Positions 36,416 through 48,600 of a stretch of DNA of 64,000 nt are shown here, piece after piece (position 1 is the stretch's first letter; each line of letters opens with the position of its first letter). The notes under the pieces are model-generated. The model was not told where the DNA came from. It was given only the letters and a program-made list of their open reading frames with translations, and made no database searches. The stretch comes from Haliotis rufescens (lineage: Eukaryota), in NCBI RefSeq assembly GCF_023055435.1, contig NW_025964201.1, forward strand, positions 2,542,001 to 2,606,000, read 5' to 3'. The translations under genes and the position numbers were made by a program.

Positions 36416-38221
36416 ATGTCTTCCCCTCTTCTCTTTTCTAGGTACTCTGCAATGTCATGTCCCATATAATGTTTTCTTCACCGTCTGCAGTGATCTACTC
36501 CTTGACAAACACGTTTCTCAAGTCTGTCGGGTTTGTGTTCGCCTGTTTGAGTACAAGTATAAAAATGCCCTTCGCACGCCTCGGCGATTTTAAATGCTCA
36601 TGTTGGGGTGCATTTGATGAAGACATTTAGTATTCATCCTATTTGCTCGAATACATAGATATATATTTCCTTTAGAGATCTTCTCTGGGTGTGTCGTGCT
36701 TTTACGTTAAACATATACATGAGATGTCCTCTTAACAGTCATTCACAATACTGGGTCAGGGCGCCCTGTATGTACATATATGTGTATCCTCTTCAGAAGA
36801 TATTCACAATGCTGGGTCAGGGTGCCCTATACGGAGCTCACAGTAGAGGATTAGTGTCGCATGTGCTCTGATCCCGACGTGGTGTCTTTAACATCTGTCT
36901 AGACACAATCAGTGTGTGTCACGTTTCTTCACGTGTGACCGAGATTGTGTCTTGATACCTGCTCCAGCAATAGACCAAATACACACTGGGATATGATGTA
37001 TATAGATCATTACACGGGCATATGCGTCATACTGCTTTACGAAATGAATCGTAATGCATGAATACATGAATTCTTATACGACTTTCGGATGACACGACTT
37101 TCAGTATGCAATAAGTTATCTATGTCACACTATTTCTCAATCCCCTTGAGCTCCCCTTCAGAAAAGTGTACTGATCACCATCGCCGTCTAAAGAACCACA
37201 ATTGTCGAATGATGCCGACAATCCTCAGCTCTGACGTCGTTTCTAGTGTGACGTCATTTCGACCTTACATCACAATACGATTCGAATGACGTCAACGATG
37301 CCGTGTGGATGACTTGGTTAATTTATATATTATAAAACATATATGCATATTTATCATATAATGGGAAGGTTTCTCGGCAGGATAAAGCCAACGGATAAAA
37401 ACGATATCCGTTGGGGTCATATGCGGATAGAGATGCAAATATCAAAGGTCAAGTAGGGACTACTTTCACTGTTTATAAACAAACATGGCGTCGCCCTCGT
37501 CATTCGGCGATCGAGTCAGAATTAACCATCGGGAATCTGGATAAACTACAGAGATAATTGCTTTCATTATCAAAAGAACAGTCTTATATACTGAAAATCA
37601 GTGTCTAACTGTGACGTAGCTAAGGCATTTTATAAGTTTTGGCAACTTTGGAGATATAAATTTCGACACAATTTTGCGAGGGCACGAGGCCTAGCCAAGC
37701 GGGATCAGTAGCCATATCTGTGCTTGTAGACCTCTGCGGCTTGAACCTTTCTCCACAAATTAAAAAAGTTGGATTTGGCCGAAATATGTTTGAATTGTTA
37801 CCTTGTTTCGTTTTGTCGCTGTGTGTACATCTGACTACACTTCTTAACGTTATGACAGGACAGACCGACTGTCAACAACGTCTGAACGTGGCCGTGACGT
37901 CTCATTGACTAGGGTAAGAGTAGCTTCCCTTTGACAAAGGGCAGTTAATCTAGCAGACAGACCGATGATCGATTGCCGCGAAAGGAAATTAAAAACAATT
38001 GTTGTTTTGCGTATATGTTGCTTCGCCACTGTATAAGAAACAGATTTCAGTTGGAACTATATTGGCTACTGTCACTGTCCGACTGACACATCACTTACCC
38101 TGTGACGTAATAAATATTAATGCGCGCATTCCAGGAAAACTCGCAATGTTTCGGTAATGTTTTTGAGAGAGGGAAAGCGATTTTGAAACACAGATTTAAA
38201 AAAATGACATTTATATGATAA

Positions 38222-38373
38222 AGAGGTTATCACGCATGTGTGTTTGGGGATGGTAAATATCCTGTATTAGGAATAAACACTATGTATTTAGCTCGCCAAG
38301 GCTCGCTTAATACAATGTTTATTCCTAATGCAGGATATTTACCATCCCCAAACACACACGCGTGATAACCTCT
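38222..38373. repeat. Foldback palindrome / hairpin MITE
   Basis: AGAGGTTATCACGCATGTGTGTTTGGGGATGGTAAATATCCTGTATTAGGAATAAACA and a near-perfect reverse complement. Confidence 0.85.
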
Positions 38374-38474
38374 ATGTATTTGTTTGAGTTCCCCTATGGG
38401 ACTGGACACACAGGTAGGTTTCCCCACCCTATGGATGAGGCATTACATCATGATTCCACTTCTTTACAACTCTG

Positions 38475-38705
38475 GGCCCCGTTCCACAAAGCAATCTTAG
38501 CGCTACGACTGTCGTAAGTCATGATCAGTGTTAAAGAATGGGAGTTACAATCACCTTAGCGCTACGACTGTCGTAAGTCATGATCAGTGTTAAAGAATGC
38601 GAGTTACAATCACCTTAGCGCTACGACTGTCGTGAGTCATGATCAGTGTTAAAGAATGGGAGTTACAATCACCTTAGCGCTAAGATCGCTTTGTGGAACG
38701 GGGCC
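38475..38705. mobile_element. PIF/Harbinger-like MITE with internal 59-bp triplication
   Basis: TIRs GGCCCCGTTCCACAAAGC / GCTTTGTGGAACGGGGCC, CTG direct repeat on both sides; internal unit boundaries at 38499, 38558, 38617, 38676. Confidence 0.75.
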
Positions 38706-39027
38706 CTGGACAGACGCAGCAGGAGACATTGTTTCCCTGTTATACGTAAATTATTATTCATTTTTTTATTGATATCAAGAACAGTTTTTAGTTTGGGTGT
38801 AATGGGTGATTTGATTACTTCAGTATTTTGTAGAGTAATAACTTCAGAATCATCGTTTTCTACACTGACACCATGCCCAAGAACAGTCCTATAATTATCC
38901 ATGTTTTGTTATGGATGTTATTCCAGGCCACCTTAAAAAAAATCAACCTAAGGGGCAAAACATTTTGGCATTAGAATAGATACTGTCACGTGGTGTCTAG
39001 ACATCCACAAAATTCAATTTAATTCTA

Positions 39028-40013
39028 CACTCTTCAAAAAAGAAAACGCACGGGTGGATTTTTAGGAAATGTGTTGTACATAATAAAGTCGATATATTTC
39101 ATTTAATATCATTGATACAAATGTGAAATTCTTGAGCTCGATAGTCACATGTTGTCGTTGTACAAAGGCATTGAAAACTGTTCATTGTCACGACACAAAA
39201 GGCCACAAGGTTGCGCTGAAATCAGTATCTCGTGTGACCGCCCCGGGCAGCAATCACGACTCAGCATCTCCTCGGCACTGACTGGATAAGTGTACAAATT
39301 CTGTCCTGCGCCATTCTGCTTGTAACGCGTTGGCCAGTTGTGGGGGTGTCTGCGGCGTGTTCTGACGTTGACGTTCACATCGATCGAGTACATCCTAGAG
39401 GTGTTCGATTGGGTTGAAATCTGGAGATCTCGACGCCAGGGCAAGCCGTTGATGTTGGCATTATGAAGGTAGTCTACCGTGACACGAGCTGTGTGCTGTA
39501 GAGCGTTGTCCTGTTGAAACAGCTTCCTCTGAAGGTGAGGTTGAAGAATTTGATTCATGTAGCGATTTGCTGTCAAATTTCCCTGAACCACAAGCAGGTC
39601 AGATCTTGTGGTGTAGGATATGCCCCCACCCCAACTGTGTGTATCGGTCACAAAGGCGGCAAATGGTGCTGTGGTGGACGTTGAAGTGGCGTGCAACAGA
39701 AAACTGCGATTCCCCTCTTTGGAGGTCTCGGCATTTTCGAACTTGAAAAATGTTGACAATAATTATTGAATGACAAATTATTGGCTTATGCTTGCCTTTT
39801 GCTTTACTGTTTTCCTCCCTGACATTTTTGAACAAGTGTGAAAAAAATGCCGTTTAAGACATTGCAAATCGACAATGGCTGCGTTTTGACGCACCGTCTG
39901 TCGAATATCCGGCCACCAACATTTTCGAATAACATATATCCAATTTATAAACCGGATTTTTTGTGTAGTCCATGGACTACATACTACCTGTGCGTTTCTT
40001 TTTTTGAAGAGTG
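39028..40013 (-). mobile_element. Internally deleted Tc1-family transposon
   Basis: TIRs CACTCTTCAAAAAAGAAAACGCAC / GTGCGTTTCTTTTTTTGAAGAGTG with TA on both sides; transposase remnants WGGGISY..GNLTANRY..FQQDNA..HTARVT. Confidence 0.88.
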
Positions 40014-40556
40014 TAATCAAGTCGGCCAACCCCAACTGTTTGAAGTTTAGGGAAAGACGGCACGCAGCAGAGCCCTCGCTGAATTCCTTCGCGATTTATA
40101 TCTCCAAAGTTGCTAAAACGTGAGAAATGATTCACCTGCGTCCCAGGTGGACACTGCTTTTCAGTATCACAGACATTTGTTGTGATAACGATAACAATTA
40201 CCCCAGGAGTTTCTCCAATATTCCCAATAGTTAATTCTGTCTCGATCGCAGATTGACAAGGGCGACGCCATGTTTGTTTGTAAACACTGAAAGTAGTACC
40301 TACCTGACCTTTCATATTTGCCTCTTTATCCGTACATGGCCCCACCCACATATAATAAATGTGTCGAAAGTGAACAACGAGGTAAACTCACTCTGGATAC
40401 GCACACTTCCTCGTCACGTTTACCAGATAAAAGTGTTACATTAATGTGTTACAGTATAGTGTTACATTATTTCCCCGCAAATGTCCATTGACTGCAGCAG
40501 TTTCCTTGGCGCGGCATCAGCGTCAACAGTGTTGATACAACATGTTCTGTAGTGTT

Positions 40557-41046
40557 GGGGGCACGGGTGGCACAGTCGTCTAAGGCTCCGCGATTCGATC
40601 TGCAGAATTACGTCCCTTGGCCACGCCAGAAACCTATGATTGTGGGTTCGAATCCCGGTTCGCCCCGATTATGTTTCTAATTTTGTCAGCACCATACCCG
40701 TGCTCGTGGGTTTCAACGAAGTGGTAAACGTCTGAGACCTGCATCACCTGCATGTGCTTTCATCCCACATTGAGCTGACCCAACTGATATAGTGAGTGAA
40801 TATAGTTTTACGCCGTTTTTTAAGCAATATTCCAGCAATATCACGGCGGGGGACACCAGAAATGGGCTTCACACATTGTACCCATGTCGGGAATCGAACA
40901 CAGGTCTTCGGCGTGACGAGCGAACGCTTTAACCACTAGGCTACCCGACCGCCCCCCCCCCCCCCCCCCCCCCCCAACTGATATAACTGGAATAATGTTA
41001 AAAGCGGCGTTAAACTCAACTCACTCACTCACTCACTCACTCACTC
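40557..41046 (+). mobile_element. SINE family D containing a nested family A SINE
   Basis: Head GGGTGGCACAGTCGTCTAAGG..GGTTCGAATCCC, (ACTC)n tail; homologous to 44288-44545. Confidence 0.8.
40792..40972 (-). mobile_element. SINE family A, full length, with 13-bp TSD
   Basis: CCCAACTGATATA duplicated at 40779-40791 and 40973-40985. Confidence 0.88.
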
Positions 41047-42631
41047 TGTTCTGTTCTGTGGCCTCGAGACAGACCCTGTGTTTTATTTATGTCTATGTAT
41101 CATATATCTCTGTATCATATATGTCTCATGTATCATGTATCTCTGTATCTTCTATCTTCCTTTATTATACCTCAAAGTGAGATTGGCCAATCAGAGAGCA
41201 GAACAACTGACCCCACATGAGCCCTTATCCCGTCAGTAAAATCCAGGATGGTTGTTACTGACCTCATATGAGACCGTATACCGTCAGTTGCAGCCATCTT
41301 GGATTTTCCAACACCCACTTGTCACATGAAAATTTGAGAAATTCGTTATTCGACACTGTTAATTGTGATGTGCAAGGACATTAATCTTTTTTTAGACCAT
41401 GTTCGTGACGTTATTGATAAAGATTATAGCTAAAATTATCAACGAGGTTTGGCTTCTAAATTTTAAAGAGTAGTCTCCCTTTGACCCTCAACGTCCACAT
41501 TTGTAAGTGTCAAGTTCTCATTCTGACAACATGGGCGATATAAATACCAGAGTGTGTAAACTTTTCGCCATGATAAATTCGTTATGGTGTCTTAGTTGCC
41601 GTATTCGGTGTTATATTAGATTAGTAATATAGGTAACCTAATATGACACTGCATACGGCAACTAATGACGCCCTAACTAATAGTATGGAACCAATGCATA
41701 AACAGAGAAGACATTGACGTACTTACAATAATGTATTTATTAATGGACACGGATATGATAAGTAGTATATGCAAGCAAGGCAGATATAAACTGAGACACT
41801 TTACGCACAGAAATCAAATAAACTGTTCTGGGTATTTAGGCATGAGATAATCAAACACAGCACCGTCGACGTACGGGTTCGAATCTCATGCCTTGTGTTT
41901 AGAGATGAATTTCAGCCCCAAACACGTATTTCGAGTTAAAGTTGATTTAAAGTTGATTAAGGTTGAATGTCTATATATGAATGTGCAGGTTTCAACCGTA
42001 CGTTGATATACACAATATACAATGACCCAGATTAAGTGTTGCATCTTGTGTGCCTGGGTCAAGCTCCTGACACGTGATCAGCTCAGGCAGGGACAGTATG
42101 GGGATCAGTGAACCTATCGCGATACACACTTCCAGCAAACCCCACGGAAGTGAAAACTAGGTATTTGATACCTACACATGATTAATACATATATCAGCTG
42201 TATATGACAAATTACTTGGGCAGGTATCTTTTATACAGCACAACATTAGCGATTTAGCCTTTCGAATTTTCTCTTGAGACTAGGAATGAATGATTTGAAA
42301 CAAACGATATGCTTTGATGGTTCGCAACTGCTGATATACCAGCATGCACTTGATTATCAATGTATAGAGGTGGCTTGAAGTGGGGCCTGGTGAGGCCACA
42401 GTCATCGTGACGATATCCATTACAAAGTGAGGCTTCTCGAAGCTAGCAAAGTTCAAACCCGTCGGCAATGAAATCAGTGGTTGGAGGGTGTGCGAGGATG
42501 AAGTCAAGTTTGTTTGACCTATCCAAAGTTGCCACAGTTGGTCATCAATGCAATAAGACACTGAATCCATCCTCTATATCATTCACGTCATGGCTGCAGG
42601 TCGTGATGCTCATAGGGAACGGCTGGCTGGT

Positions 42632-45600
42632 TCAGCAAATACTGTTGTTCAACTCGAGGCGTGAAGATGTCTCATATATGTCATTATCAACCATATCAAC
42701 ACTGTCAGCAGCTGTCGGCGTGAGGTTTGGGTCCGTGTCCGCTGTCTGGACATTGTCGTACATGTTGTTGTTTGATCCCGTGTCATACAGGTCATTGTCA
42801 ACCATCTGTACTTTACTGTGTGGTTTGACCACAGACTGGTCAGGGTTTGATCCCGTGTCATACAGGTCATTGTCAACCATCTGTACTTTACTGTGTGGTT
42901 TGACCACAGACTGGGCAGGGTTTGATCCCGTGTCACACAGGTCATTGTCAACCATCTGTACTTTACTGTGTGGTTTGACCACAGACTGGGCAGGGTTTGA
43001 TCCCGTGTCATACAGGTCATTGTCAACCATCTGTACTTTACTGTGTGGTTTGACCACAGACTGGGCAGGGTTTGATCCCGTGTCATACAGGTCATTGTCA
43101 ACCATCTGTACTTTACTGTGTGGTTTGACCACAGACTGGGCAGGGTTTGATCCCGTGCCATACAGGTCATTGTCAACCATCTGTACTTTACTGTGTGGTT
43201 TGACCACAGACTGGACAGGGTTTAATCCCGTGTCATACAGGTCATTGTCAACCATCTGTACTTTACTGTGTGGTTTGACCACAGACTGGGCAGGGTTTGA
43301 TCCCGTGTCATACAGGTCATTGTCAACCATCTGTACTTTACTGTGTGGTTTGACCACAGACTGGGCAGGGTTTGATCCCGTGCCATACAGGTCATTGTCA
43401 ACCATCTGTACTTTACTGTGTGGTTTGACCACAGACTGGGCAGGGTTTGATCCCGTGTCATACAGGTCATTGTCAACCATGTCTACAACACTAAACCCCA
43501 TCAGATCAGATGGAGCATACGCTGCGTCAGGTGGGTTAGAAGGTCGACAGAAGCGTGACTGGCACAACTCAATCGTGTCTGCTGCGCCAGGCATGGTCTC
43601 CGAGTTTCCCAATGTTACCATCATCACACTGCCTATGTCGGATACGTGTTCCTGTTCGTCTGTGGACGGGATGTCGAGATTATTGTAACTGATATCGTCA
43701 CGGCCCGTCTTCATAGAATCTGGTTTGTCATCTCCGTGTGACGTGACAGCTTTGTGCCTGAAACAACATGACGTCATATTTCATACAGCGCAGGCCTTGA
43801 TCAACATCGTTCATCGTATTTGCCATAGCTTGGTACATTTTGGTAAAGATATAATTGATGTACATTTTTGTGTATAGAATTCGTAAATACATTTGTACTT
43901 CGACTAATATGAGTAGGCACGTCGTAGTGCATCTTCTGTACACACTTTAGATGGGAAACACTATCAATTAAGTTATGTATGTTTAGAATATCAATATGAG
44001 ATATGATTTTTTGAAATCCGAGGAACATGCTTGCATGGCTATAAGGATGATGGTGATGGTGATGACAACGACGGCAGCGACGAAGGCGGAGACGACGGTG
44101 ATGAGAGGTGGGGTGTTGTCTGCAAGGGAATATAGGTAGTTGCTCTTTGACTTTCACCTTGATAACGACATTACGATGAACAAGAAAACGAGATGTATTG
44201 ATACGAAGCGTGAAGAACGCGGCGTGTCAGCCTTAGGTGGGAAGAGTGTCGTAGGTTAGAGAAGTTCCCTACTGTGGGGCGTGGGGGGAGGGGCACGGGT
44301 GGCCCAGTCGTCTAATTTGCCGCGATTTGCTGTGCAGAGTTGCGTCCCTTGGGCACGCCAGAAACCTATGATCGTGGGTTTGAATCCCGGGTTCGCCCCG
44401 ATTGTGTTTCTAGGTTTGTCAGTACCATACCCGTGTGTCTGGGTTTCACGTGCATCATCTCGGGCTTTCCTCCCACATTAAGCTGACACGCCGTGATATG
44501 ACTGGAATACTGTTAAAAGCGGCGTTAAACCAACTCACTCACTCCCTACTTTGGTGTGTTCTACTTGCACTGAATCATAATCAGGATGAATGCAAACCAA
44601 CGACCAGTGGATCCGGAGGCGGATGAGTGACAACGTCTGTTCCCTGACGTGGGGTGAGGGGGGAATACAAGCCGTGCCCCCATCGTTATGTCTGTTCCCT
44701 GACGTGGGGTGAGGGGGGAATACAAGTGGTGCCCCCATCGTTATGTCTGTTCCCTGACGTGGGGTGAGGTGGGAATACAAGCCGTGCCCCCATCGTTATG
44801 TCTGCTCCCTGACGTGGGGTGAGGGTGGGAATACAAGTGGTGCCCCCATCGTTATGTCTGTTCCCTGACGTGGGGTGAGGGTGGAAATACAAGCCGTGCC
44901 CCCATCGTTATGTCTGTTCCCTGACGTGGGGTGAGGGTGGGAATACAAGTGGTGCCCCCATCGTTATGTCTGTTCCCTGACGTGGGGTGAGGGTGGGAAT
45001 ACAAGTGGTGCCCCCATCGTTATGTCTGTTCCCTGACGTGGGGTGAGGGTGGGAATACAAGTGGTGCCCCCATCGTTATGTTTGCTCCCTGACGTGGGGT
45101 GAGAGTGGGAATACAAGTGGTGCCCCCATCGTTATGTCTGCTACCTGACGTGGGGTGAGAGTGGGAATACAAGTGGTGCCCCCATCGTTATGTCTGTTCC
45201 CTGACGTGGGGTGAGGGGGGGGGGGGGGGGGATACAAGTGGTGCCCCCATCGTTATGTCTGTTCCCTGACGTGGGGTGAGGGTGGGAATACAAGTGGTGC
45301 CCCCATCGTTATGTCTGTTCCCTGACGTGGGGTGAGGGTGGGAATACAAGTGGTGCCCCCATCGTTATGTCTGTTCCCTGACGTGGGGTGAGGGTGGAAA
45401 TACAAGCCGTGCCCCCATCGTTATGTCTGTTCCCTGACGTGGGGTGAGGGTGGGAATACAAGTGGTGCCCCCATCGTTATGTCTGTTCCCTGACGTGGGG
45501 TGAGGGTGGGAATACAAGTGGTGCCCCCATCGTTATGTCTGTTCCCTGACGTGGGGTGAGGGTGGGAATACAAGTGGTGCCCCCATCGTCATGTCTGTTC

Positions 45601-48600
45601 CCTGACGTGGGGTGAGGGTGGAAATACAAGCCGTGCCCCCATCGTTATGTCTGTTCCCTGACGTGGGGTGAGGGTGGGAATACAAGTGGTGCCCCCATCG
45701 TTATGTCTGTTCCCTGACGTGGGGTGAGGATGGGAATACAAGTGGTGCCCCCATCGTTATGTCTGCTCCCTGACGTGGGGTGAGGGTGAGAATACAAGTG
45801 GTGCCCCCATCGTTATGTCTGTTCCCTGACGTGGGGTGAGGGTGGGAATACAAGTGGTGCCCCCATCGTTATATCTGCTCCCTGACGTGGGGTGAGGGTG
45901 GGAATACAGGTGGTGCCCCCATCGTTATGTCTGTTTCCTGACGTGGGGTGAGGGTGGGAATACAAGTGGTGCCCCCATCGTTATGTCTGCTCCCTGACGT
46001 GGGGTGAGGGTGAGAATACAAGTGGTGCCCCCATCGTTATGTCTGCTCCCTGACGTGGGGTGAGTGTGGGAATACAAGTGGTGCCCCCATCGTTATGTCT
46101 GCTCCCTTACGTGGGGTGAGGGTGAGAATACAAGTGGTGCCCCCATCGTTATGTCTGTTCCCTGACGTGGGGTGAGGGTGGGAATACAAGTGGTGCCCCC
46201 ATCGTTATGTCTGTTCCCTGACGTGGGGTGAGGGTGGGAATACAAGTGGTGCCCCCATCGTTATGTCTGCTCCCTGACGTGGGGTGAGGGTGGGAATTCA
46301 AGTGGTGCCCCCATCGTTATGTCTGCTCCCTGACGTGGGGTGAGGGTGGGAATTCAAGTGGTGCCCCCATCGTTATGTCTGCTACCTGACGTGGGGTGAG
46401 GGTAGAAATACAAGTATCGATGTGACCGTGAAGCCTGCTCCCTGACGTATGTCTGGCTTGGAATACAATTGATGCGCCTACCGTTATCCCTGTCCCCTGA
46501 CGTGGGATGTGGGGTATCTGGGGATGTCAGGCTGGAGTTCAGGGCCGTCCATGTTGATCCTGACGGAACGGTTGTACCCGTAGCTGTAGTCTCGGTGCTG
46601 TAGACATCAGTGGGTTCATGGTTTGTTGCAGAGTCAGTTTTCCCTGTCGATGCTGTCCCACTGTTTGCTGTTACTGATACTGTCTCGGTCGTTGTTGTAC
46701 CACTGTTTGTTGTTACTGATGCTGTTTCGGGCGATGTTGTCCTACTGTTTGCTGTTACTGATGTCGTCTCGGTTGTTGTTGTGCTGCTGTTTACCGTTGC
46801 TGATGGTGATGGTGATGCTGATGATGCCCCACTACTGCTGGATTCAGACGAGGAATCCGTGGATGTCGGTCCGTTTGATTGAGAAGATGGTGCCAGTGTT
46901 GACGTCGTTCCACCTTACAATTACACATTGGTAATAATTTGCCGACAGCTGCTTTATCACAGGTATTTTGATGGTGGAAAGTACTCGTGATTAACCCAAT
47001 GCTAGAGTCTCAGCTCATAATTCTTCGTCGGTCTAAAGGGAAACTGTTAAAATTGATTCGACTTACCTTATATCTACAAAACTAAGATGTACCCGAGACG
47101 GGCCATAATGCCCTCATTGTGTTCTACAGACACTGCACACATCGCCAAACTGAAACATTTCAGGCGAGTACATTGGCCTTCATTGCAGTAAATCATCGCC
47201 AGGGGGTCACATACACGTAGCTCGTCAGGGGATCTTATACATGTAGCTCACATCGTCAGGGTGTCTTATCAATGTAGCTCACATCGTCAGGGTGTCATAT
47301 CAATGTAGCTCACATCGTCAGGGGACATTATATACGTAGCTCACATCTTCAGGGGGTCATATATATGTAGCTCACATCTTCAGGGGTTCATATACATGTA
47401 GCTCACATCGTCAGGGGGTCATATACATGTAGCTCACATCGTCAGGGTGTTATATACATGTAGCTCACATCGTCAGGGGGTCATATACATGTAGCTCACA
47501 TCGTCAGGGTGTTATATACATGTAGCTCACATCGTCAGGGGGTCATATACATGTAGCTCACATCGTCAGGGTGTTATATACATGTAGCTCACATCGTCAG
47601 GGTGTCATATAAATGTAGCTCACATCGTCAGGGTGTTATATACATGTAGCTAACATCGTCAGGGGGTCATATACATGTAGCTCACATCGTCAGGGTGTCA
47701 TATACATGTAGCTCACATCGTCAGGGTGTCATATAAATGTAGCTCATATCATCAGGGGGCCATATACATGTAGCTCACATCGTCAGGGGGTCATATACAT
47801 GTAGCTCACATCGTCAGGGTGTTATATACATGTAGCTCACATCGTCAGGGGGTCATATACATGTAGCTCACATCGTCAGGGTGTCATATACATGTAGCTA
47901 ACATCGTCAGGGGGTCATATACATGTAGCTAACATCGTCAGGGTGTCATATACATGTAGCTAACATCGTCAGGGTGTCATATAAATATAGCTCATATCAT
48001 CAGGGGGCCATATACATGTAGCTCACATCGTCAGGGGGTCATATACATGTAGCTCACATCGTCAGGGTGTTATATACATGTAGCTCACATCGTCAGGGGG
48101 TCATATACATGTAGCTCACATCGTCAGGGTGTCATATACATGTAGCTAACATCGTCAGGGTGTCATATAAATGAAGCTCATATCATCAGGGGGCCATATA
48201 CATGTAGCTCACATCGTCAGGGGGTCATATACATGTAGCTCACATCGTCAGGGTGTTATATACATGTAGCTCACATCGTCAGGGGGTCATATACATGTAG
48301 CTCACATCGTCAGGGTGTCATATACATGTAGCTAACATCGTCAGGGTGCCAAATACATGTAGCTCACATCGTCAGGGGGTCATATACATGTAGCTCACAT
48401 CGTCAGGGGGTCATATACATGTAGCTCACATCGTCAGGGTGTTATATACATGTAGCTCACATCGTCAGGGTGTTATATACATGTAGCTCACATCGTCAGG
48501 GGGTCATATACATGTAGCTCACATCGTCAGGGTGTTATATACATGTAGCTCACATCGTCAGTGGGTCATATTTATATAGCTCACATCGTCAGGGTGTCAT

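Noticed and set aside
42468-43688. 406-aa plus-strand ORF
   Set aside because: Antisense shadow of the gene 4 last exon; the minus frame has the acceptor, phase match and signalling motifs.
47067-47149. 83-nt segment with good acceptor and GTAAGT donor as an extra gene 4 exon
   Set aside because: It has stops in all three frames and its length breaks phase; at most a poison or pseudo-exon.
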